Below, in pieces: positions 12,764 through 23,678 of a DNA stretch of 64,000 nt (position 1 is the stretch's first letter; each line of letters starts with the position of its first letter). The position numbers were made by a program, and so were the translations under genes. The notes beneath the pieces were generated by a model. That model was not told where the DNA came from, did not search any database, and saw nothing but the letters and a program-made list of their open reading frames with translations. The stretch spans positions 434,001-498,000 of the forward strand of contig NW_026515669.1 in the NCBI RefSeq assembly GCF_025526975.1. Direction: 5' to 3'. The stretch comes from Fimicolochytrium jonesii. Lineage: Eukaryota.

Positions 12764-13293
12764 TGTTATGGACGACGCGTCCATACCATGCGCTTACCTC
12801 ATGACAGCATCCCAACAGTCAGTCAATGTCAATTCCCTGTCAAAACCTGACATCTGCCAAACCTCGCAGCCGCACGCAGCCGCGCTACCCCACACCTGCC
12901 ACTGCCTTCATTTCTCCATGCAGCCGCACGTAGCCACACCTCCCAACACTCGGCGCTTACAAACCCTTCTCCATACTTCCCCACGTACCCGCCCACAGCC
13001 TCAGCGTAGCCACCCCATCCCCAGTCTTCTGTTTCTATGCTTCCCCACCCTTGGCGCTTCTCTTGGCTTCCCTCTCATTCCGTACCCTTCTGCTTCTCCA
13101 CGCTTCCCCAGCCTTCCCAGAAAAACATAAATAGCCGCCTCCCCTGAGCTCCCCACTTCCTGATCCCCCAGCAGATCAACACCAGTTCTTCCTAGTCTTG
13201 TTCTAGTTCTTGTTTCGGTCTGAATACCATTACCTGTCAACAACCTGCACCACAAGTCGCCTCTATTTCCGTCGGCTCCGCCCATTCATAACA
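12764..13293 (+). repeat. Gypsy 5' LTR
   Basis: TGTTATG...CATAACA terminal inverted repeat; 2 substitutions seen versus the 3' LTR; TATA-like CATAAATA at 13126-13133. Confidence 0.97.
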
Positions 13294-13295
13294 GT

Positions 13296-13305
13296 TTGAT
13301 CTGCT
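13296..13305 (+). promoter_or_regulatory. Self-priming primer-binding site (Tf1 type)
   Basis: TTGATCTGCT, 2 nt after the LTR, is the exact reverse complement of AGCAGATCAA at 13170-13179 inside the LTR. There is no TGG tRNA-type PBS. Confidence 0.8.
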
Positions 13306-13344
13306 CAACAACCCCCAGCCGCTGTACCTCCACGCCAAATCACC

Positions 13345-14271
13345 ATGTCCGACGCCCTTCCCCTCACGGCCGAAGCCTGGCAAGCCATGTGCAATGCGAT
13401 TGACGAACTTCGAGCACAGAATACCACCCTACAAGCCGAACTAGAGCAAACCCAGACCACTGCCCCTGCCACCCACGCCCCCGAACCCAAAATCAGTCTC
13501 CCAGACAAATTTGATGGCACCCGAAGCAAGTTCCGTGGGTTCCTCAACCAGATCCGGCTCATGTTCGCCCTCCAACCCAGGCGCTACCCCAACGATCAGA
13601 CCAAGATACGAACTATTGGCACCTACCTCACTGGCACCGCCCAGGCCTGGCTGGCGCCCCTTGTCGAACAAGACCATCATTCCCTTACGAACCTGGATGA
13701 TTTCATCCAGCAAATGCAAGCAGTCTTTGGAGACAGCGACAGGATCCGCACATCCGAAAACAAGCTCCAGAACCTTCGACAAACCCGTGCAGCAACAGAG
13801 TATGTAGCTGAATTCCGACAGCTGCAATGCGCTGTGTCGTGGAATGACCAGGCATTGATTGCCACCTTCCGTCGCGGCCTCAAAGAAGACGTCAAGGACT
13901 TAATGCTCACGATGCCCCCTACCGCCTCAATCGACACGGTGATGGAACAGGCCATCCAATGTGACAACCGATTGTTTGAGCGCCGTCTAGAGCGAAGCAG
14001 GAACCGACAGTCATATGTGCCAGTTACCACTAGCCCCACCCTCATGAGCCCCGACAACCGCCCAGACGACCCTATGATCATTGACGCTGCTCGTCCGCGA
14101 GGACCCCTCACACCGCTAGAGCGCCAACACCGCATCACAAACAAACTTTGCCTCTACTGTGGTAAACCCGGCCACATAGCCAAACTCTGCCCGAACAAGA
14201 TACGCACGGCGAATGTCGCGGTTAAGGAACCTGCACCCATCCAGGATTTTGCCCAAGTCCAGCTGCAGTAA
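13345..14271 (+). CDS. gag: Gypsy Gag (308 aa) with CCHC zinc knuckle
   Basis: EPKISLPDKFDG, LRQTRAATEYVAEF, FRRGLKEDVKD, CLYCGKPGHIAKLC. Confidence 0.95.
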   Translation: MSDALPLTAEAWQAMCNAIDELRAQNTTLQAELEQTQTTAPATHAPEPKISLPDKFDGTRSKFRGFLNQIRLMFALQPRRYPNDQTKIRTIGTYLTGTAQAWLAPLVEQDHHSLTNLDDFIQQMQAVFGDSDRIRTSENKLQNLRQTRAATEYVAEFRQLQCAVSWNDQALIATFRRGLKEDVKDLMLTMPPTASIDTVMEQAIQCDNRLFERRLERSRNRQSYVPVTTSPTLMSPDNRPDDPMIIDAARPRGPLTPLERQHRITNKLCLYCGKPGHIAKLCPNKIRTANVAVKEPAPIQDFAQVQLQ

Positions 14272-17200
14272 AGGCCGAGCAGCTGGGCAACACCTGTCCT
14301 GGGCCTTCTCACCACGCAAGTACTGCCAAGGGAGAAGCCACAAAACCTTGCTCCGATCCTGGCATCTCCAGCAACACCCTTCTCCTGACCACCAACAATG
14401 TCAATCTCCTATCTGAGATACCCTCACCCATGCGGACTTTGGGTCCATCCTCACAATTCGAGTACCCTGTTACCCTGCAGATATCGGCCCAGCGAGCTCC
14501 AGTTCAGCTTTCAGCACTACTTGACACCGGTGCGATGTCGTGCTTCATCGATGAACGTTATGCCCGCAAGCACCGCATCCCACTTGTCAAGAAGGAGGAC
14601 CCCATTGCGCTTGAACTGGTTGACGGACGTCCCAGCCATGCGGGCTCCATTACCCATCACACCCAACCTTTGGGCATGTGGGTCAACGACCATTTTGAGG
14701 AGGTGGTATTCCATGTGACATGTTCCCCGCATGCGCCAATCATCCTGGGGCTTCCCTGGTTTGAGCTCCATGATGTGGAGCTACACTGGAAGACTCGCAC
14801 TCTTTGCGTCCGCTGCCATTGCGGTTTTGGACAATACGCCTCCTGGGATGCCCTGCCAACAGAACCTAGCCCGAAGCCCTCAAAAACCCCTGAACCTCCA
14901 TCAAGACGAGATTTCAGTCTCCCTAGCCCAGACACCCAACACACTGGGCCCAGCACCCACACTGACCCACGTATCGTTTATCAGCGCCCCAGCTTTCTGT
15001 GTGGCGGCAAGGCATGACCAGGCATTCATTGCCTACGCCAATCCGACCAAGTCAGATTCCCAAGCCCTGGCGACCACTCCTCCAAAAGATCCGAAGGCCA
15101 TCATTCCTGAAGAATACCAAGATTTTGCGGACGTCTTCGCCAAGAAGAACGCGGATACCCTCCCAGAGCACCGACCCTACGACTGTCCCATCGACTTAGA
15201 AGAGGGCAAACAGCCACCGTTCGGCCCGATCTATAGTCTCAGCGAGCCTGAAATGCAGGCACTCTGTGACTACCTTGAAGAGAACCTAGCTAAGGGGTTC
15301 ATCAAGCACTCCAAGTCTCCCGCCGGTGCCCCAGTCCTCTTTGTCAAGAAAAAGGACGGTTCCCTCCGTCTGTGCGTCGACTATCGTGGACTCAACAATA
15401 TCACCATCAAGAATCGCTATCCCTTGCCCTTGATTAACAGCATCATGGATCGTCTTCGAGGGGCACGCCGGCTCACCAAGATTGACCTCCGGGGAGCCTA
15501 CAACCTTCTTCGGATCCGGCCAGGGGATGAATGGAAGACAGCGTTCCGATGTCGCTACGGCCTATTCGAGTATAATGTCATGCCGTTTGGGCTCACCAAT
15601 GCCCCTGGAGTATTCCAACACCTCATGAACGACATATTCCGTGACATTCTCGACGTTTTTGTTGTGGTCTACCTTGACGACATTCTAATCTTCTCAAAAA
15701 ACCCAGAAGACCACCCCAACCACGTCCGAGAGGTGCTCTCACGACTCCGCCAGCACGGGCTGTATGCGAAACCGGAAAAATGCGAATTCAACCGTGACTC
15801 TGTTGAGTTCCTGGGGTTTATCATCTCCCAGCAAGGCATTTCCATGGACCCATAGAAGACGGCTGCCATTACCGAATGGGAACCCCCGACGAATGTCAAA
15901 GGCATCCAGCGCTTCCTTGGTTTTGCCAACTTCTACCGGCGATTCATCAAAGGGTACTCTGCGATCGTTGCACCCCTGACCACGCTCACTCGCAAAGACT
16001 TGCCATTCAAATGGACCCACGCTGCACACCTAGCTTTTGAAACCCTCAAGAAAGCCTTCACCTCCGCACCTATCCTGACTCACCCCGACCCTGACAAGCC
16101 CTTCATTGTCGAATCCAATGCCCCCGACTTTGCCCTTGGCGCCGTCCTCCTTCAACCCGATGACACAGATCAACTCCACCCCGTGGCCTTTCACTCCCGC
16201 AAATTTACTCCTGAGGAAATCAACTATGAGATCTACGACAAGGAACTCCTGGCTATCCAAGACTCGTTTGCTCAATGGCGACACCACCTCATTGGTGCCC
16301 GCCACAAGGTCATCGTTTACTGTGACCACAAGAACCTCCAGTACTTCATGACTACCCGTACCCTCAACCGCCGCCAATCCCGCTGGTCAATCTTCTTTGC
16401 TGATTTCGACTTTGTCATCACATACCGCCCTGGTACCCAGCAACACCAAGCTGACGCCCTCTCTCGTCGCTCTGAATACGAGCTAAGGGAGGGGGAAGAA
16501 GCATTCCGCTCCCAGGAAACCACGATCCTCACCCCTGACCATCTCCGCCTGGCCGCCACTTATCTGACCCCACTGGACTCCTCGCTCCTTGACCAAATCA
16601 AAGCTGCCCTGGCATCCGATGTGTTTGCGCAAACCATCCGGCGACAGCTTAGGGCCCCCATTGCCCAGCAATCTCAAGAAGACCAAGAACGGATAAAGCA
16701 ATTCTCCGAGGAAAATGGGGTTCTGCTGTACGACAACCTTGTCTACGTCCCCACCAACAAGCTCCGTGCTGAGATCTGCCGGGACATGCATGACACGCGT
16801 TTGGCAGGACACTACGGCATGTCAAAGACCCTGGAGCTCATCTCACGCAACTACTGGTGGCCTAGCCAGTGGCGTTTTGTCAAGTCCTACATCAGGTCCT
16901 GCGACGTATGTGCTCAAGCCAAGACCAGCAGACACAAGCCCTACGGTCTCCTCCAACCCCTGCAGGTCCCTGACCGCCCCTGGGGGTCAATTTCCATGGA
17001 CTTCATCACGGATCTACCCGCCAGTGATGGGGTTGATTCTGTGCTCGTTGTCATCTGCCGGTTCACCAAGATGGCGCACTTTGTACCGTGCAGGAAAACT
17101 GCCACCGCTGAGTCAACTGCAGATCTGATCTGGCACCATGTCATCCGGCTCCATGGACTCCCCGACGATATCGTATCTGACCGTGGCCCACAGTTCAACT

Positions 17201-18087
17201 CCCACTTCTGGAAACGTCTCTTCGCTCTCCTGGGAACCAAGGTCAACCTCTCATCGGCGTTCCATCCCCAGAGCAATGGACAAACCGAGCGGACCAATCA
17301 GATTCTTGAGCAATACCTTCGCTGCTTTTGCAACTATCAACAAGATAACTGGAAGGAACTCTTGTCTTCTGCTGAGTTCTCTTACAATAACACCATCCAC
17401 TCCGCCACCCAGACAACCCCCTTCTACGCCAACTATGGGTTCCATCCTCGATTCAGTCTGGCTTCCGCCACCACAACCGAATCCCTTAATCCTGCAGCCG
17501 AAGCTCGTGCCAACCATCTCAAGGAAATCCATGAACAGCTTGCCACTGAGCTCAAGGAGGCCCAAGGACGCATGAAGCGCTTTGCCGATGCTAAGAGGGC
17601 ACCTGGCCCAGACATGAAACCCGGGGACAGTGTCTGGCTCTTACAGCGGAATCTCAAGACTCTCCGACCTTCCCAAAAACTTGATCACCGTAAGATTGGC
17701 CCCTTCACAATCACGGAGAAGATCAACTCGGTCACATATCGCCTCAAGCTTCCCCCATCCTACAAAATTCACAACGTCTTCCATGTCTCCCTTCTTGAAC
17801 CATGTTTCACCATTCCGGAGCGAACTGAGCCAGAACCCACCCCACCAGAAGAAGTCGAAGGACAGGAGGAATGGATTGTGGAAGACATTCTTGACTCCCG
17901 TATTCGACGCACGCACCTTCAGTACCTCATCAAGTGGCAGGGTTGGCCAAGCTCGGAGAACACATGGGAGCCAGTGGAGCACCTTGCCCGATGTCAAGAG
18001 CTTGTTGCCCAGTTCCACCAAAAGTACCCCGACAAACCCCGACCAAAGCCTGCCAACATCAAAACAACATCCGGACGCCGTGGCTAA
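14226..18087 (+). pseudogene. pol: Gypsy pol (protease, RT, RNase H, integrase, chromodomain), disrupted
   Basis: [25 protein letters not shown] and DDE (ISMDF, VSDRG, QTER); chromodomain WIVEDILDSR...YLIKWQGW..SENTWEP. There is a frame change between PR and RT (~14830-14970), an in-frame TAG at 15853-15855 and RNase H DAS altered to NAP. Confidence 0.93.
14244..14307 (+). promoter_or_regulatory. Candidate -1 programmed ribosomal frameshift signal (G GAU UUU plus H-type pseudoknot)
   Basis: Heptamer 14244-14250 is in phase with gag. A 6-nt spacer precedes stem 1 (14257-14266/14279-14288) and stem 2 (14271-14276/14302-14307). The protease frame is -1 relative to gag and is open from 14226. 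Confidence 0.75.
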
Positions 18088-18099
18088 AGGAGGGGGTGA
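18087..18099 (+). promoter_or_regulatory. Polypurine tract of the Gypsy element
   Basis: AAGGAGGGGGTGA immediately before the 3' LTR. Confidence 0.85.
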
Positions 18100-18629
18100 T
18101 GTTATGGACGACGCGTCCATACCATGCGCTTACCTCATGACAGCATCCCAACATTCAGTCAATGTCAATTCCCTGTCAAAACCTGACATCTGCCAAACCT
18201 CGCAGCCGCACGCAGCCGCGCTACCCCACACCTGCCACTGCCTTCATTTCTCCATGCAGCCGCACGTAGCCACACCTCCCAACACTCGGCGCTTACAAAC
18301 CCTTCTCCATACTTCCCCACGTACCCGCCCACAGCCTCAGCGTAGCCACCCCATCCCCAGTCTTCTGTTTCTATGCTTCCCCACCCTTGGCGCTTCTCTT
18401 GGCTTCCCTCTCATTCCGTACCCTTCTGCTTCTCCACGCTTCCCCAGCCTTCCCAGAAAAACATAAATAGCCGCCTCCCCTGAGCTCCTCACTTCCTGAT
18501 CCCCCAGCAGATCAACACCAGTTCTTCCTAGTCTTGTTCTAGTTCTTGTTTCGGTCTGAATACCATTACCTGTCAACAACCTGCACCACAAGTCGCCTCT
18601 ATTTCCGTCGGCTCCGCCCATTCATAACA
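18100..18629 (+). repeat. Gypsy 3' LTR
   Basis: 530-bp near-identical copy of 12764-13293, followed by the TGGCC duplication. Confidence 0.97.
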
Positions 18630-18634
18630 TGGCC

Positions 18635-19818
18635 AACAGCAAGCTAGGATGGCTTCGCACATATCTGCGCCACGCCTCCGACTCCCAACGTCCTAGCAGC
18701 TGTATGTCAAGCGCGGAATGACCGAGAAAAGCGAGCTGTGTGGCGCCGCCCGCGCGAAAGCTGGATGCCGACGCCTCGTGATCTGTAAGAGCTTGCTACG
18801 CGCCAGAAAACCATGTGCGGCTAGCCACCTTCCCGCTTGAGAGTGTCCAGAGCGGTTGATCCGCAGAGTGTCCCTTAGAAGCATGCCAGTTCATCGGCGT
18901 ATGGAGCGCGCGGTACGGGCAAACCCGCTGGTCGTCACGGGGCACCAGAACTAGGTGTTGATGGTGGTCAGTGAGCGTTTTTGGTTTTGGGATCCTGATC
19001 CAATAGCCGTCGCCGCCTTCCACGCGGAGCCGAGATACATCCCGCAGCCTGACAACACCATCTCGCTTGAAGTTCTTCCTGTCGCATACTATCTCTCGGA
19101 GCCTCGCCAATCCCCAAAACGCGCAGAGAGCAAGGGTACGAAGAATGAGCATGTCATGCGGTTCCGGTGCGGCGTCCGTAGGCGCCAAGAAGAGTGTGCA
19201 GAGCATGAAGATATCGACTTCTGGTTTCTGATTCGCGGCTTGAGAGATGTCGAGAGCGCGGAGAAGGGTTTTTGTGCGAGAGAAGCGAGCTTTGGTGATT
19301 TTGTCTTTGTATATATAATCGAATTTGTAGCCAGCATGATTGTGGATATCTTTGAGAGAAGAAAGGTAAACGCGAAGGGTATTTAATTTGATTGTGCATG
19401 CAAGCACTCATTCCAGCTGATAGTCGAGCCATTTTCTAAAATTTGTGGGGTTAATAGGAAAGACGCTGCCGCTCGCGTTCCGCCAGTTCCGCAATATGGC
19501 AAGTGCTGTGTAGGCGGTCGCAACGCTCTTGTAGGAGGGGTTGCGCCACTCGGTCCATGCTGTCACCCGCGGCATGGTGTAGGGGTATGGTGGCACTCGA
19601 GGAAGCCGACGGTTGGCGAAGCCGAAGGGGGAGTATTCCACGAGAGGAAGGGCGGGAGTAAGGGTCGGGCTTGAGCAAAATGAGGGTTGTCGGCCCTGAA
19701 CTGGGCATCGGGGCCCCGAGTGAGCGAATCGCATCCTGGGATATTCTGCCGGCCAACGTGAGAAAAGCGCAAGTCGAACTGGAACGTCATGGCAAGCGTG
19801 CGGAGATGGCGAATGCAC
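18635..19818 (-). pseudogene. Ngaro tyrosine recombinase (ORF3), with premature stops
   Basis: One reading frame carries LCAFWGLARLREIV (catalytic R), KPKT, VCPYRAL, SFRAGGAT and LLGRWESEAWRRY (catalytic Y). Stops at 19408-19410 and 18796-18798. The 5' part overlaps the RNase H frame. Confidence 0.88.
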
Positions 19819-21415
19819 TTGTCAATCAAGGGATCTTTGGAATACCCGGAGGCCCAGAGTTGGGTGCATGCCAGGTTGTCTGTGAGCCACACGATGCGCT
19901 TGCGGGGAAACTGGTTGCCAAACGTCGTGAGCCCGATGCAAATGGCGACCATTTCGAGGGTAGTGGAGTGGATATCGCGAAAGCAGGCGGAGCACCAATC
20001 GCCGAAAGTGTACGAGGTCCGAGTGTGGGCACCGAAGCCGATAGGGCTTGGGTCGGAGACCGCGCCAAGCTGAGCCCACGTCATCCAGCGTTCTTCTGAG
20101 ATAAGGGCGTACCCGGTCCAGTGTAGGAGCGAGTAGGTCCACCAGTGTAGGTCCTCGCGGAGATCTTGCGCAAGGACAGCCTTCTTGAGGTTGTTGCGCT
20201 GAAGGACGGCCCTGTACCGCCACAGACTCCCGAGGTAGGTGTGCGAGGTGGGAAGGACTTGGGAGATCCAGGCCAGACGGAATTGTAGGTCGCGGCGTCG
20301 GTGGATCCGGGCGCAGCGGTGAGGATCTGGATCAGCAGTTCCCAGATGGATTGGAGCTTTTGAGGAGGAATCGAGATCGTGAGCGTCACTAGGTTGAACA
20401 TGAAGCCGTGAGTGGCGAAAACCTGGCCGGAGGCTTCAACCTTGATTGGAACACCGATGGCGCCGAAGAACGATACCACCGTGCTGAGCGATGGCGCAAG
20501 GAGCCTCTTGGCGGTGAACCCGGTAAAGTTGTCGACATAGTGCAAAGCGTTTGGCAGCCCCAGCTTGATGAGCGCCCAGCAGAGAAGGTCCCCGAACAAG
20601 CAGCAGTAGAACCTGGCGGAGCGAACGCCGAACTGGGTAACGAAGTCCTGGTAGAACGATTCTTTGAACCAGATCCCCTGTTTGAGCTGGTCGGGGGGCC
20701 GGGCAGGGTGAACATGGTATGCGGAAACAGTGTCGACCACCCAACCAGAGATGTCGCCGTGCAATTTCTTCTGCTTGAGGATCGTTTGCACAAGCACGTT
20801 GACCTTGTCGAGAGGCACCGGGCCGAAATTGTCTCGCGCAATGCCGTCGTTGAGCAAACCCCCTTTCGGGAAAGACGCATTGTGGATGATTCGAAACTTG
20901 CCCGGCTTGTTGGGCTTAGGCACGACACCGACCGGGTTGGCGATAGCGTATGGCGCTTGACGGAGGATGTCGGGATCGATGGCTTGACGACGGCCCAAGA
21001 GGATTTCTTCAGTTAGATTGTCGCGCACGACATCCGCGTGCTCTTCAGAGCTTGGGTGGTTGCGCCGGAGCTGGACGCCAACGCCTTCCGGCGTGATGGA
21101 ATTCGTCGGAAAGCCCAACCCGCGCAGAATGGATTCGACGAGGGGTTGGTTTGGGTGCCCCCGCAAGACGTGACGGAGAGCCATGGGATTGACGGGAGAC
21201 GGGATCTTGTGGAGTCCATGGCGAAGTAGGAAGGCGGACGCCGCGTACTCGGCGTTCGACATCACCGGCTCCCGATAGGGGAGCTTCGATTCAGACAGCT
21301 CCGCAGTAGACTGCACCTCATATGGGCGGTGCAGGGCGCGGACTTCGTTGGGGAGAACGTCGATGCCCCGCGCTCGATGGTCAGCATCAACTACCCGGTA
21401 GGGTTGGAACAACAC
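19563..21415 (-). pseudogene. Ngaro reverse transcriptase/RNase H (ORF2), frameshifted
   Basis: GVVPKPNKPGKFRIIHNASFP, QFGVRSA, HYVDNF (YxDD decayed), HGFMFN; RNase H motifs SDPSPIGFGA, TLEMVAI, WLTDN and CDSLTR are in another frame. Confidence 0.88.
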
Positions 21416-21416
21416 C

Positions 21417-22787
21417 CTACGGGCGTCGTTCTGCGGCCGGAGCGGCGCCGCCCTTGGGTCGCTGAGGCCAGACGGACCCGCGGTGGTCGCCGTGGCAGTA
21501 CTCGCACTCGTGTTTGCGGCAGCAGTACGACTTGGTGCAGCGGTTCATGTTCCAATCTCGGCAGACTTGTTGTTGCTGCTGTTGTTGTGGACCTTGGTTA
21601 CGCAGCCCGCCTCGTCCAGCTCCAGCGCCAGCAGGAGTGTACTGGGCTTGGCCAGGCCTGTGACTGCGGGGGCCGGCTGTACAGGTAGGTTGTCTGTAGC
21701 GCAGGAACCGGGTCCGCGAAGCCTTTGAACTGATGGTTGGCCTTGTGCTTGCGATGCGCGCGATCGTAATCATACACCACATGCCACGCCCAGGTCGAGC
21801 ACAAGCTGGTGAGGTACTTGCGGTAGGCATGAAGCTCGCGCACGAATGCCGGATATAGGTAGAGCATAAGTTCGCAGTAGTTGTCGTACGCTTTGCACCA
21901 TCGGCTAAAAGTGTTGATAGGTACTTCGCAAAGGGACTTGGAGACAACGCGGACGTCCTCGCGCAGGCCTTGGTGGAATTCGATGCGCGCGTGATCGCTG
22001 GCCATGATACGAGCGTTCGGATGGATCTTGGCAAGGTCGACGTAGCGCAGGAAGATGATGTCCTCGACCAGCTGAGGGCCCACCTGCGGGCAGGCGCTGA
22101 GCTGCATTTGGACCTTGACTTTGGAGAGGCGTAGGACAAGGTCGGCGCGTTGTTCCAACCGGGCCGCGACAACCGGGTCCCCGCCGTATGAACTGGGCGT
22201 AGCAGCTGTGCCGGTGATCGGGGTGACCCCGAACCACTCGGAAGCGAGGAGATCGTCATGTGAAAGTCTGAGGGGCTTTTGCTTGGGATTGAACAATCCA
22301 TCGTGGAGCCGCAAACGGATAGTTCTCCATCGTCGGGAATGGATACCAGGTTGTCGACGTCGTCCGCAGCCGGTACACCGAGGCTTTCTTCATCATCATC
22401 GTTGTCGGCGGCCGGTTGTTTATCACCTTGGCGACCTCTAGGCGGAGTAGGGCTCGGGGTCTGGCGCGGCCTGCCCTCGTCGCTGGACTCGGACTCGTTG
22501 CCGGACTTGTCCCCGCCGTCGCCAGCGCCGCCTCCGGCAGCCCGCGCTCCATCCTTTCGGCTAGAGTCACCACCGGAGCTCCCAGCTTTGGCCTTCCTAG
22601 CGGCAACGGCGGCAGCCTTCTTAGCGGCAGCCTCAGCCTTTCGAGCGGCGGAGGCCGCGGCCGCGGCAGCACGGGCTTCAGCGTCGGCTTGATCGCGAGC
22701 GGCTCGATAGAGGCGGATTCCTTCCTGGAAGGCCTGGGATTCCGCTGGAGTTGCAAACTCTGGGACATTTTCGCCGAGAAGGTCCAT
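21417..22787 (-). pseudogene. Ngaro gag-like ORF1, with frameshifts
   Basis: Ala/Lys-rich N-terminus. Central FSRWCKAYDNY...ELHAYRKYL...WHVVYDYDRAHR is in a second frame (21598-22314). C-terminal Zn finger CRDWNMNRC...CRKHECEYCHGDH. Confidence 0.8.
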
Positions 22788-22940
22788 GGGTCGTGGGAAA
22801 GTTCAGGCTGCTGAGCCGAAGAAGGCGGAATCGTGAGGTTTGGCTTGTGAGCTGCGGCAGAGGGAACGATAAGAAGGCGTAGCGTAGGCCTCGGGTGTGT
22901 GGTCTGGTGTATGGTCTGGTGTACTGTCCCAATGCGTAGC

Positions 22941-23111
22941 TTCAACAAATGTTATCCTTTGCTGCTAGAAAAAGGATAATGGGAAAGGAAGGAAAAGAAG
23001 CAGCTACGCCGTAAGGCGACGGGATTACAAAACGGAAATTTATATAGAGAGATCACGGGAGCCCACCCCGCGTGCGCTCAATTAACTCCGACACCTTCGG
23101 TGAACTACGAT
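22941..23111 (-). repeat. Ngaro split direct repeat A1 (element 5' end, with TATA-like TATATAAA on the minus strand)
   Basis: 171-bp copy of 12046-12216. Confidence 0.92.
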
Positions 23112-23678
23112 CATTATACCATCAATATGAAAGTGGGAAGCTTACAAGTGAACAGAACATATCAGGAATGTGCTTCTCGGCCCTGAGTACTCGGTGATAC
23201 ATTACCTAAGGCTCCAAGCCACGCAAGCCCCATTGGCAGCCCATATATAAGCTGTCGATTGTGCGGCCGCTGCAAAGGACTTTTTCACTTTTTCCTCACT
23301 CCAATACATTGTATCTCAGCCCTCTCAGAAGGGCCCATTATCGTCCAAGCTTCCTCTGACGTTACATCTTCACCTTCCACCTTCCACAGCCACTCAAACC
23401 ACTAACTTATTTACTGCAAATTGTAGAGGATTGGCTAAAGAGTACGACCCACACCTAACCCGAGTGGAGTTCGAGGTCCGGGGAAAGATTTATTGGTTGG
23501 GTAAAGCGTTTTGGTCCTACATGTAGGCCGTCGGGGTTCTAAGGGTTAAGGAACAAAGCACCCGGCACCGTGCGCGGGCGCGACAAGAGAAGACAAGACA
23601 CAACAGGAGAACACGCGAGTCACACGACTACAGAGATAAACTAAACAAACTACCCAGGGGGAACTAAGCACAGCGTGC

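Larger units (their letters stand above)
12764..18629 (+). mobile_element. Ty3/Gypsy LTR retrotransposon of the chromovirus clade (Tf1/sushi-like), nested in the Ngaro element
   Basis: TG...CA-bounded 530-bp LTRs, 5-bp target duplication TGGCC (12759-12763 and 18630-18634), gag-PR-RT-RH-IN-chromodomain order, polypurine tract before the 3' LTR. Confidence 0.97.
11921..23111 (-). mobile_element. Ngaro-type (DIRS order) tyrosine-recombinase retrotransposon, full length but with decayed ORFs, interrupted by a Gypsy element
   Basis: Split direct repeats in the order A1-gag-RT/RH-YR-B1-A2-B2 on the minus strand: A 171 bp (22941-23111 and 12046-12216), B 95 bp (12216-12310 and 11921-12015). RT/RNaseH and tyrosine recombinase ORFs overlap. 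No target-site duplication. Confidence 0.92.

Noticed and set aside
12768..13285. ORFs within the LTRs (120 aa plus strand, 94 aa minus strand, duplicated at 18.1-18.6 kb)
   Set aside because: By-products of C-rich LTR sequence, duplicated only because the LTR is duplicated.
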